NCBI GenBank assembly: GCA_045837725.1
Contig: JBEWZL010000278.1
Span: 186,001 to 250,000 of the forward strand
Length of the DNA stretch: 64,000 nucleotides
Direction: 5' to 3'
Source: Vermamoeba vermiformis
Lineage: Eukaryota
Each line of letters begins with the position of its first letter. Position 1 is the stretch's first letter. A model generated the notes under the pieces. The model saw nothing but the letters and a program-made list of their open reading frames with translations, did not search any database and was not told the origin of the DNA. The position numbers and the translations under genes were made by a program. Shown here one piece after another: positions 35,901-50,750 of the stretch.

Positions 35901-38900
35901 AGTTGATTGACGTACGTACACGAGATTCACGATTATTGAAATGTCTAACTTGACTATTAGTGTCTCGTATCAAAAATTGATACTAGCATTGCTCGTTTCA
36001 TGTTCAACAATTGGGGACTCAAAGAGAACGTCACTAGCACGAGATTGGCTGAAGAACTGGTCACTCGCTACACTCTGTCAAACACTTGTGTTGGTCCAAC
36101 AGGCATTGACTATCGGTAAGTGTGACACGTGTCAATTTTTTTACACCTTTGGAACTAACGTTGATTAGCGATCATTACTTGTACGGCCGTGAAGAGCAAA
36201 CTTGCACCGATGAATGTCCTCCGTCAAGAGAGCCTCGATGCTTGGACAAGACGTGTCCAGTGCCTGCTGAATGCGACGAGGAACAAAGTGGCATTTGTTA
36301 TCGATCTTACGTAAGTCCAGTCTGTGTTTCAGTAGGACGTAACTGTGCTAACATTTGTCGTAGCGATTGATTCGCGGTGAGCCGTCACAATGCTTGAACG
36401 ACAAGACGTGCAACTGGCTCGATTGTTCACAACTCTCTGATGTACAGTGTCAAACGGACTGTGCTAATTTCGTCGAGCCTGAGTTCTGCGGCGATTGTAG
36501 CTCTGGCTCGTTGCCTTGTAGAGACACGGGACTGAACCAAACTGCCTGCAGTGAGGGCATTTGTGACATTGAAGGCGTGCCATTGAACGAAGTAAGGTTC
36601 TACCCTGCCATCTATATTTTCCTACTAATCCTCGTGCAGTGCCTGACCACGGGTGTGTGTAATGCCAAATGCGATAACTCTTCTTGCCTCAACGAGACCT
36701 CATGTGCCGTTAGTGGCATTGTAAGTAGATTTAAGCTGTAATGACATCAACGACTAACAAACATAGTGCTCGGATCAAGCGCTGTTTGCCGATTACATTG
36801 CTAAATACGGAGCGGATGGAATTTGTCTCAAGCCCAAAGGCCACGAGCTCAACTTCATCGCCACTTGTGCCTCAGAAGAAATCAATAGTCCATTTGGCTG
36901 TGGCCTTCCTCAGTACTTGAACGAGACCTCGTGCACTTCCGCAGGACATATGTGGTGGACTTGGGCCACGGATCGAGACAGCTGCTTGAGCTTTAAGACT
37001 TGCTGCCGAGTCTATTTTTGGCAACAGCTTTGTGAGCTGGAAAGATCAAGAACAATGTGCTAGTTGTCACGGCGAGTTTAGTACAGCGTTTACTTGGTCG
37101 AATGGCACGTGGCGTTATGGCAATGTACGACCGTTAGTCTGGATGTCACGTGGTTATGTTTCAGTGAACAAGTTCGGCGAATCATTTGACATTATTGCCT
37201 TGAGAAAGGCTGTCAGTGCTGCTATTGTGAGCAGAATTTCTCCAGCCTACACAACTGAAGCTGTTTGCAGGCAAGTTTGAGACATCTTTCATTGACTTGG
37301 GTGAGAGTATTATACTGACCTTTGGCTACAGGTACAGCGGCAGTGTCAATGTGTTGAATACTTTGCTGTGTGATTGCAACTCTAACTTCGACTCTGCCGG
37401 CAATTGTTACGACAACTACGCCACTTCAACGCTCATAGGAGTGGTGCGTGCCTGTCCTTACATCACTTCTTCAGTCACGGTATGTTGTTTACGCTTAGTA
37501 TATCCCAAAGAGCTAACCGTTCAACAAGGCCTCGCCTGCCACGTTGCGAGTGTTCGCCGACACCATGTCAGCTGATTCGTTCTGCAAAGCTGTGCAACTT
37601 GAATCAACAAGTGCCTCTTTCTACACGTCGGAATCGAGCATCGCTTTGTCTTCGGAGATCTACAATAAGAGGTAATCACTGTGTAATTCCTTCAGTGTGA
37701 CACCCGTCAACTAATGCTGGCTCCTTCAGAATTCCCAACGATTATGCCGTGGTTAATAACGCACATGGTGGCATTGTCGGACAAATTATTTCTGACGGTG
37801 TCATTATCAACATTGATTTGAGCGATGGCACAACATTGGCGAATCCATTTGAGCTCTGCATTGACATTGATCAAGACATTGGCCGTGCCCCTGCTTACTC
37901 TGTGTACGGCTTTGGACAGCTATTGTAAGTATATCACCATTTATAGTCTTCGTACCTAAATGTGGGTTTATTAGGCCTAATGGCACTATTGTCTTGCTTG
38001 ACAACGAAGTCACAACAACGTCAACAAGTGTTTGTGCACGAGTGCTCAACGGCACTTATTTCGCAATTGCTCGACAAGATGGGGACTGGCAGAGTGTTCA
38101 GCCATATGACGAGCTCCAAGCAACACTCAAATGGGTTGGTCTCGCGTTGTACTTTGTCGTGGTCATCTTTGGCGTGTTTCAACTTGCCTTTGTAGCCACG
38201 AACTTCCGCTCATTGATTCGTGGCCAGCAGAAGATCGTCTTTGTGACCATTGTCCTTGTCTTTAATATACGTGAGTATTAAATCGCCTACTGATACTTGT
38301 GTACTAACATTTAGTAGTTCGAGGTGTCTACTTTGCACTGCCAGTCAACTCGTTCAAAGAGTTCTACATTGTGCAGTACTTGCTCTTCGAGCTACCCACC
38401 TTCTTGTTCTTCACAATTTACACCATCATTCTTTACCTCTGGTACGTTATCATAGTATTTCTTACGTCCTAGTCTCATGTTCATTCACTTCACAGGAGTG
38501 GCGTGCTTATCAAACAATCAGTATTGTCCAAGGGCAAGGCACGAGTGCGAGTCCGTAAAATACGCACAGTGTACATTGTTGTGAATGCCATCATGTACGC
38601 AGTGTTTGTGGCATTAGTGTTGCTCAATCAGCTCTTGCCGCAAGCTCAACAAGAGTGCAAGATTGGATCTGCTAGTAACGCTACTTCGGCACGATATTAC
38701 ATCATTTTGGCGTATCAAATTTTCATTGCAGCTGTGTGCTTTGGCGTCAGCTTGGCCTTCATGATTCAAGGCATTCAGTTTATTATCGTAAGCGCCGTAC
38801 TTAATCAACTGGTAGTTCTTAAACTTATCGCTTCACAGATATTTAAACGAGCTAAAATGGTCAACACATCGGGCAGCAAAGATCGAAGAAGACACTTAGT

Positions 38901-39464
38901 ATGATATCAGTATTATTCAAGTTGACACCTTTGTTGACACTTTTGACATTTTAGATTACGTTCATCGCCGTGACGTGTACTGCACTCTTCATCGGTCGTA
39001 CAATTGTGTTCTTGTACGCAGCAGTGACAGGCAATCCAGTGACCATCATTATCTTCGTCTTGTTCGAAGTACTGCCCTCACTAGCGCTGTTGTACTACTT
39101 GCGACCGTACGACTGGCAGCGACCATTCTCCACGGCCAAGAACTCGTCGGGCACTGACGGCAAATCTTCGCACAAGAGCACGCGATTGAGCACGGTATCT
39201 GGCAAGCTGGAGAACATGACTTCAACAAGCAGCATGGGCCCTGATGACTCGACGAAGTCTCCAAAGTCACCAGCAGCTATTCAAACTGTCACTACACCTC
39301 AACAGATAACAGATCCAGCGCTCAAATCAAGCTCATCTGATAGCTCTGGCGAGGAACCAAATGCTACGGCATTAAGTACTGCTGACAATGAAGAGCAAGA
39401 GCAGTATCCGCTCAGTGATGACTCGTCTAGCGAAAGCGGAAGTGAACAAGAAAATGACGTGTAA
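32993..39464 (+). CDS. Very large Cys-rich ectodomain + 7TM protein (THH1/TOM1/GPR137-like TM region), adhesion-receptor-like
   Basis: Signal peptide MKLLLVVAVVCCLNVARS, many Cys-rich exons, seven hydrophobic segments including LFELPTFLFFTIYTIILYLW and FEVLPSLALLYYL, and a Ser/acidic cytoplasmic tail. More than 20 GT-AG introns. Confidence 0.75.
36123..36134. promoter_or_regulatory. Intronic palindrome TGACACGTGTCA (copy 4)
   Basis: Exact match just after a GTAAG donor in the 7TM gene. Confidence 0.5.
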
Positions 39465-39598
39465 AATAACTGGCAAGTGTAATTAGATTAAATTTTTGTT
39501 TTATTTTTATTTCATAGGCTCAATGACTGTTTGGGTGCGATTGATTGAAAAAATATATTATTATTAATTATTAATTAAATGACCCGGCGACCGATCGA

Positions 39599-42344
39599 TT
39601 AATCTGGTGCTTTCTGCTTATCGTCAGAAGCTTTCGATAAACGAGCAACTCTGAGGCAAGCCAACTCGTTTCTAGCGGCATTGGAGTGGTTGTACACAGT
39701 CTCATTGAACGCCTGTGTAGCATCCTTGCCCAAATACGCTTGAATCAACTTGCGACCACCAGGGTGTTGGTCGATAAATTCAGTGACGTCGTGAATAACG
39801 TCATCGATCAAAATCAACGACGCGCCTTCAGCGACACGGGACTGATACTGTTGCATGCTCATTTCAGGGAGGTCATCGAAAGAGCGGCCCCAATTGAACT
39901 TGGACTTCTCTTGATCGATCTTCTTTTGGATCATGCTGATGCGACCCTTGGCAAAGAGATCTTTCTTGAATTTCTTCAAGTTGTAGGTCAGACCAACCTT
40001 GCTCAAAGTGTAGATGAGCCACTTTCCTATTCATCAATCCATATTAGTACAAGTCCGTGATATATATTGGGTGACACGTGTCATGTCAAAAAATAAGTGG
40101 AAGTTGAACGTACCAGGGTCATAGTGGTACCACAAGAGGCCATTACGATAGTCATAAGGGAACTCGTGGTGGAAGTTGTGGAATCCTTCACCCCAAGTCC
40201 ACAGTGACACGAAGATGCTGTCACGCGGGGTACGTTGATCGCTGTAAGTAGCGTCACCCCAGTAGTGGGCCAAACTGTTGATGAAGAAGGTGAACTGTTG
40301 GATGAACACGGCCTTAGTGAAGCCAGCAATGAGCAAGCCACCGAGCCAGTCACCCCAGCCAAAGCCAGCGATCAACATGGGCATGATCAAGCCGAAGAAG
40401 ATGGCAAGAGGTGCGTAGTAGCGGTGTTGGAATTGCAACATAGGATCAGCCTCCAAGTCACTAATGTCAGTCTTGACGATCTCGTGGAAGTCAGGGCCCC
40501 AAGCATCACGCTTCCAGAACATCCAGCCAATGTGCGAGTGGAAGAAACCTTGCTTGGCATTGTACGGATCTTTCTTCGTGTCCGTGAATCGGTGGTGAAT
40601 TCTGTGATCGTGGCACCAGCTGAAGCACGAGCCTTCGAAGGTCCAGGTAGCCATCACCAAGAGGGGCAACTTGACGATCGGATGGGCATCGTACGAGCGA
40701 TGAGACCACAGTCTGTGGTAGCCAGAAGTGATGCCAACGCCACCGACGTAGAACATGATGAAGGCTAGGATGGCAGTCTTGAGCGGAATGTCAATGAAGA
40801 ACGGTGCAATGATGCCGCAGATGGTCGAAACAACGAGCCAAATAGTGACGGTCCAATCGAGTTTAGTGAACAGAGTGCTGATGCTGAGACCAGTGCTGTC
40901 ATCAGCATACAAGTACTTCCACAACGAGGTCTCTTGGATGCGCTAGAGATTTAAATTAATAAAGATTTCCTTTTATGGAATTACTAAGAATATCGTAATT
41001 ATTACCTTGTCGAGTTTCTTTTGCATCAAAGCATAAGCCTTCTTGATGTTGTAGCTAGGAATGCTTTGAATGTTGTCAGAGGCAGCAACAGCCATGTAGT
41101 TCAAGTTGTCAGACAAGAGCTCGACCCACTTGGGGAACTTGACTGTTGAGAATGAAAACTCGAGATCTTTCTTCGCGGAGTTAAAATCCTTTTGGAACTG
41201 TTCCTTAGCGTTCTCAAAATCCTTCTGCAACTGTTCCTTGGCGTTAGAAATGTGTTCTTTGTACTCATTGTAACGCTCTTCGGCGGCTTTAAGGATCGTA
41301 GCGTGAGGGAGCTGATGCGCTTTTTGGAACGAGCTGGCCCAGAAGTGATAGACGGCCAAAGGAATGAAATAGTACTTGAACAAGCCCCACCAGCCAAGGT
41401 TCATGGCCATCAAGGGGAAGAACAGGCAGACAAAGGCGTAGATCAAAACCATGTTGACTGCGGTTCGCTTGTTGAGATTCAGATGCGCGCTGACTTGAGC
41501 CTTAGCCCATTGCCATGAGGACGCAAAGAACCAGAAGGGTGATGACAGCAATCCTATATTAGCAAGAGAATAGTCGTTAGAATTGGTTGTTACACATGTT
41601 CCAAGATCTGGTCTCAAAGTGACTTGTGCAAGATTGAATCACATATCAACGGAATCGCATTAAATCCTTAGTATTATAGTAATAACGGTATTCATATAAT
41701 GCATTATTGCTTACTTGATTTGTTAAAGTATTGGCGCCAAGATTGGAAGGGAGTCATCAAGGGCAACAGACAGAGAGTTCCGACAATATCATTGACGGTA
41801 TTATTCTCGAAGAATGCATCATTGCTGCATGCATAGGCTACAGTAAGGAGCTAGTATAAGCAGCGTTAGCATTTTGAAGATTGAACGGATCTAATATTTG
41901 TGTTGACACTTTCGGGTTGCAAATTTAAATTGATTCAAAATATGCATTTACAATGCTAAAGCGCGAACAAGTATGTCATTTAATAATTAGATGGTATAAA
42001 ATTTTGATCCGATCAGATTGAAATCATGAAATTTTTTCATTATCATCAATCGACTTACGCCTGTAACCGAAGTGCCTAAGAACAACCAGCCAATGGGTAG
42101 AAGATACCACGGAGTATTTGCGATGATTACGACACCGAGCGTAACAAAGGACAGGATCTTGATCAACGACCAGATCGCCTTTGTGGTGCTTTTTTGGAAC
42201 ACCTATGACAGATAAAACATTAATATACCATTCATTGAATGAATTGAAGCAGAAGAGAATTAAACTAAACGATGGGAATCAATCATTTACCTCTCTTGGC
42301 ACGAGATCTGCCAATGGAGGCATAGGAGCCACAAGCGAGGCCAT
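39599..42344 (-). CDS. Delta-9 acyl-CoA desaturase with C-terminal cytochrome b5 and an N-terminal His-less delta-12-like domain
   Basis: Delta-9 His boxes YHRLWSH, HDHRIHH, GEGFHNFHH; cytochrome b5 HPGG. Upstream exons splice in phase and resemble an omega-6/delta-12 desaturase fold. Confidence 0.9.
40072..40083. promoter_or_regulatory. Intronic palindrome TGACACGTGTCA (copy 5)
   Basis: Exact match inside a desaturase intron. Confidence 0.5.
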
Positions 42345-42898
42345 GAGCTGTGTTTGTTCGTCAAATATGGATTGCTGAAAAGACTGCCGTGCACTGGACC
42401 GCCAAAAAAAGTTGCGACGGACCGCTCGTGGACGGAGATCCCCAGAGAGATTGACACGTGGTCCCGAAATAACTCATTCTCCGATCTGACTCCTCAACGG
42501 CCAACTAATTTACCAAAATCCACGAAAATTAGCCATTAAATTAACTCCTCTTTAGGGAAATGGCCGGTTCCTAAGGCACCGTTGAATGTTCCAAGTAAGT
42601 AAAGTGCACGGCCCGCCATATTATTTAATCGATGAAACAAGCCAAAATATAAGTCATTAATCGAGAAGTAGTGAATAACTAATTTTGTTGGCCATCCTTT
42701 CGTCCAGAAATTCACGAAAAAATGTTCTTCTCGCAGATGCACCAGTTCCTTATGCCATAATGCACAATGGCTTTCTCGACTTGCTGCAGGGTATTATTAA
42801 GGCTAAATATTAAATATTTTTGAAATTGCTTTGCTTTTTCTTGTGGTTGCACCATCGAGCTGATTATTTTTTTGCTGTTGTTCTGAAGAGCACAACTC

Positions 42899-43741
42899 AT
42901 GGCGGATCTTACACCAGAACAGCTCGAGCAACAAATTGCCGAGTTTGCAGAGCAATTAGCTAGTGTCGAATTTGCACTGCGAGCGGATCCGACGAACTCA
43001 GAATTATTGGATGCGAAAAAGAGTTTGGATGAAGTATTGAAAGAGCTCCACGACATTCAAGAATTAAGGAAAAAAATTGAAAAAAAAGAAACAACCACAA
43101 ATAACAATAATACAGCACCGTCCTCTGAAAAACTCAAAGCAGTTCAAGATGCAGCCGCGAGCAAAGGAATTTATGTTGGCATGCTTTGTGAGGCTCTTTA
43201 CAGCGGAGACAGCCAATGGTACAATGCACGCGTTACTGATATTAATGCTGATGGTGTTGTAGTTGTATTTGATGGCTATGGTAACGTGGAAACGATCGAT
43301 CCCAAGAAAGATTCAATCCGCGCACGTCAAGAAAAAGCTCCTCTTGCTGGCAAAAAACGAAAAGAGCCTGAAACATCATCTTCAGTAGCATTAGAACACA
43401 TTCCCAAGTCATTACAAATTCTACCAACAGATTCTGAAAAAGTTCGTCTGATGAAGAAAAAGAGGATCAAGCAACTCAAATCTAAGACTCGTTTCCAGCA
43501 ACTTGAAGAGGATACCACCAAGAAAAAATCTTCATGGCAAGACTTTTTGAATACAGCCAACAAGAAACAAAAGACGACGAGTACGATCGCGCCTAAAGAA
43601 AGCATTTTCCGCAGTCCCGACACTGTGGATGGACGCGTCGGAGTTGTTGGATCGGGCAAGGGCATGACTCCGAACCCTACGAGCAATATCAAGCCTGTCG
43701 TACCCAAAAACAAGACCACTGTCGATTTGCCCTTCAAGTAA
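42899..43741 (+). CDS. SMNDC1: Survival of motor neuron-related splicing factor 30 (SPF30/SMNDC1)
   Basis: QLASVEFALRADPTNSELL; Tudor domain CEALYSGDSQWYNA..VVFDGYGN; ESIFRSPDTVDGRVGVVGSGKGMT. Confidence 0.92.
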   Translation: MADLTPEQLEQQIAEFAEQLASVEFALRADPTNSELLDAKKSLDEVLKELHDIQELRKKIEKKETTTNNNNTAPSSEKLKAVQDAAASKGIYVGMLCEALYSGDSQWYNARVTDINADGVVVVFDGYGNVETIDPKKDSIRARQEKAPLAGKKRKEPETSSSVALEHIPKSLQILPTDSEKVRLMKKKRIKQLKSKTRFQQLEEDTTKKKSSWQDFLNTANKKQKTTSTIAPKESIFRSPDTVDGRVGVVGSGKGMTPNPTSNIKPVVPKNKTTVDLPFK

Positions 43742-43919
43742 CCTGTAATATATCCTTATAAATAATTGCTTCGTTCAGAAATCTTTAAATTAGTTTAATA
43801 TGAAATCACCTGCTTCTAGAGGCTCGTGTTGATTCACCATTTTGAACTTATTCTTTCAAGCGAATGACGGCCTGTCGAACAAATAGTGATCCCACCACAT
43901 CCTTGCGACCCTCCTACAG

Positions 43920-44254
43920 ATGGCTAAATTATTGCAGAGTGCATTGTCGTGATAACACGGCCACTGTTGGTTAGATTGACGGCGAAGTGATGCACGTGTG
44001 TCTGTGCGCTGATTGTGCGCCACAAGTGCGCAACCAGGCAATCTGCCCACTTGACAGAGTTCCTGTCGACGATAAGGGTAGAGATTGTGAATGATCGAGG
44101 GGAGGTCCAGTTGTGTCCAGACAAGCATTGTCTTTATCATTGGCACGTGTCGCATTTGCGACAACCGCGGCACACGAGCAACCTTCTGCGCGCAGAATGT
44201 TACTATGGTGCGGCAGATAAACCTGATGACAACGCTGTGCGTATCTATTTCTAG
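43920..44254 (+). pseudogene. Decayed RING-finger (C3HC4/MDM2-like) gene fragment
   Basis: Reconstructable ECIV/RDNTATVG*IDGEVMHVCLCADCAPQVRNQAICPLDRVPV with a frameshift and TAG at 43972-43974. A second broken CRIC..AEC..AVRIYF* follows. Confidence 0.5.
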
Positions 44255-44436
44255 TTGTGTAATGAATTCATAAGTATTTAATAAAAAAATCGGTCATTTT
44301 GGAATTGACGAGCGAACAGAATGGTTTTCATTATTTCCAATTAGTATTTACTCAATACACAAAGACGACAAATACAATCACGAGGCCTTATTTGTACGAT
44401 TCATATTACTAGCTGAGTTCACTGAAGTTGTTAGTA

Positions 44437-48195
<3,759 letters not shown>

Positions 48196-48212
48196 AATCA
48201 AAGCCCCGTGTT

Positions 48213-49526
48213 TTATTTCGTCGCGTTGATCATATTCAAAATATCTGCAGGGATCTCTGCTCGCTGCACGCCACTCACTTCAAGCAAAAAATCGAGCAGT
48301 GCAGGTGTCTTGACACACGGCTTGAAACACTGGTAATTGCGTGCTCTGATGTTGACCCCTGGGCACAACAACAGCTTCTTGATCACCTCGCTGTAGCTCT
48401 GTGGATTCTTCCAGTAATTCGTTACTGCTCGAACCAAGGCTTCGTTATCGCACGAGGCTGGATCTACTCGCGGATCTGCAAGCAACACATCCAGCACCGC
48501 TAAGCATCCACTGCCCGCTGCAAAGTGAATAGCGTGCTCTTTGCCTTGCGCAGGATGTACTCTGTTGTCAGCCAGCAACAGTGCCACGACTTCAGCGTGA
48601 CCATTGCGTGCTGCCTCGTTGATGGGTGCGTTGTTCTTGCAGGCCGGATCTACCCGCGAATCAGCGAGGAGTAACTTGACTAGCGCGACATTGCCGTGCT
48701 GCGCTGCGACTCTAATGGGCAAATTGTCGACTGTGCTCGGCAACACACGAGCATCTTTGAGCAGCACTTTCACCACATCCAAGCGACCATGGTACGAAGC
48801 AGTTCGAATAGCCAATTGTCTGCCCACACTAGGGTCCTTGCCGCGGTCAATTAAGAATTGCATAATGTCTGCTCGTTGCACATCAGCGAGCACTTCGTCG
48901 TTGAGTTCTGCATCCAGTCGCGGATCGAGTTCAGCAATTGCCTTGACTAATTCGAGACTAGTGCCAGTCACAGCCAGTTTAAATATAGCAAAGTCGCAGT
49001 CTAGTGGCACGAAGCGTGGACAGGCGTATAATAGACGCACAATATCGACTGACTGGATCTTCACGGCCTCGCGGAATGCAAGGTGGTCGCTGAACGACAC
49101 ATCCACTCGCTCGTCCTCCAACAAGAGCTTGACGACGTCTGTGTGGCCATTGCGACAGGCATAAATAAGGGGGTCTTGCGAGGGCACTGAAGGATCGGTT
49201 TTCTTGTGTTTTAAAAGAAGTTCAACAATCGGAGCACATCCATCCGCACTGGCGTAACGAATAGCCCATTGTTGCCAAGTTGAAGGGTCGACTCTAGTAT
49301 CTTGCAGTAGTCTATCCACCCACTTGACATTACGTTGCGTAATTACTCGACGTAGACCTTTGCACGCTTGAGCTGCTGGATTGATGCGTTCGTCTTCGAG
49401 TAAATGTGTTTCCGCAATCTTGTTACAACTCCTCGATATATACAACCAATTTAATGGTATGATGGGTATTATGTGCCGTTCCCAAATCTCTTTTGGAAGA
49501 GAAGCAAATGGATTTTCGGAAGACAT
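48213..49526 (-). CDS. Intronless ankyrin-repeat protein with F-box-like N-terminus
   Basis: NPFASLPKEIWERHII followed by about 9 repeats of AI..A...G...VV.LLL.D.RVDP. Confidence 0.88.
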   Translation of the reverse strand: MSSENPFASLPKEIWERHIIPIIPLNWLYISRSCNKIAETHLLEDERINPAAQACKGLRRVITQRNVKWVDRLLQDTRVDPSTWQQWAIRYASADGCAPIVELLLKHKKTDPSVPSQDPLIYACRNGHTDVVKLLLEDERVDVSFSDHLAFREAVKIQSVDIVRLLYACPRFVPLDCDFAIFKLAVTGTSLELVKAIAELDPRLDAELNDEVLADVQRADIMQFLIDRGKDPSVGRQLAIRTASYHGRLDVVKVLLKDARVLPSTVDNLPIRVAAQHGNVALVKLLLADSRVDPACKNNAPINEAARNGHAEVVALLLADNRVHPAQGKEHAIHFAAGSGCLAVLDVLLADPRVDPASCDNEALVRAVTNYWKNPQSYSEVIKKLLLCPGVNIRARNYQCFKPCVKTPALLDFLLEVSGVQRAEIPADILNMINATK

Positions 49527-50750
49527 TTTCTAAAGTAATCCCAATAATTAATTTACACGTAATATTACAAAAAGAATTTAAAGCCTATATAAATAATATT
49601 GTAGAGATTGAAATTTTAATTATTATAAGAAGCTTTGCGTTGAAAAAGTTGGGAAAGTGTCGGAAGGTACTTACAGGTCAATACAAAGCAATATTTACAA
49701 TAGTGAGGTTAAAGTACAATGTAAATTAGCTCAAGTCACAAATACATCGTGTTTAGACTTGTGGTCGTCAATTACATTGGGTAAATTTCAAATATTCTGC
49801 TTGGAACTGCACACGAAAAAGAGAACTATGAATGGGCAAATATTTTATTAATCAACTATGAGTATACTCCTACTACGTCCAATAAGGGGGACTGAGAAAC
49901 AATACTATTCTCTTGGGTGATTGAGACTGTCTCGTCTCTAAATAAAAAAGGCGTTAGTATTAATGTTATAATGCTCTTGCTAATTAATGATAGCATCTTC
50001 TCGGTATAAGTTGAATAAGGGCTTACTGATAATGAAAGTTACTGTTCTTACTGATGATGATCTCCAGCTAGCGCAGAACGAGTTAAGAAAACGATGGCAA
50101 CTCTGACGCAGATCCCCCACATTTGAAGTTTGGCCAGCAAATATGCACCGATAATAATAACCCATGATTGACAACGCAACATCCTTTTTATTAATAAGTG
50201 AAATATACAAAGCGAGTTCTTACGAGGCTGAAACGCGCATCCAAACAGCAGCCAAAAATCATCCTATTTAACAAATAATAGTGATAGATTGGACTATAGG
50301 CCACTGTTATCATCGACAAAAGCATGTTGTTGGGTATTGTCTTCAATATTCATATTCGCTGATTAAAATGTTGGGCTATATGTAATACGTAGAGGTCATA
50401 TAGTGTCGAAGTGATATATATACGTGAGGGCTAGTAAGATGGTGAGTCGCAAGCCAAAAAGTAGCAATCGGGTAGATATAGGAGCTAGTGTACAACTAGG
50501 TGGGTGAAGGGCAAAGTGGTGGATGGGGTTGGATGTGGTCACTCAACTCGCGAGCAATGAGCTAGCACAACGCTCTTTAAGGCCAATGTATATGACACGA
50601 GGCGGGCACGTGACTTGAACACTATTCGCAGCGAAAATTGCCGATTTCTCGAACAAAGGCGAAAGGTCCAAGTCACGCACTCGCACGTCAACATCACCGA
50701 CCTAAAAGAACGCGTGCTAGACACAGCGACGAGTGAGCGCGTGAATGGAT

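Noticed and set aside
40235-41518. Long antisense ORFs over the desaturase (similar ones occur over LARS2, SPF30 and the ankyrin gene)
   Set aside because: Expected shadows of codon-biased genes; no motifs.
32355-43741. Proximity of U2 snRNA and the U2-associated factor SPF30
   Set aside because: About 10 kb apart with unrelated genes between; likely coincidence.
49860-50750. Short ORFs downstream of PP6c
   Set aside because: No recognisable motifs or consistent splice model; probably 3' UTR or intergenic.
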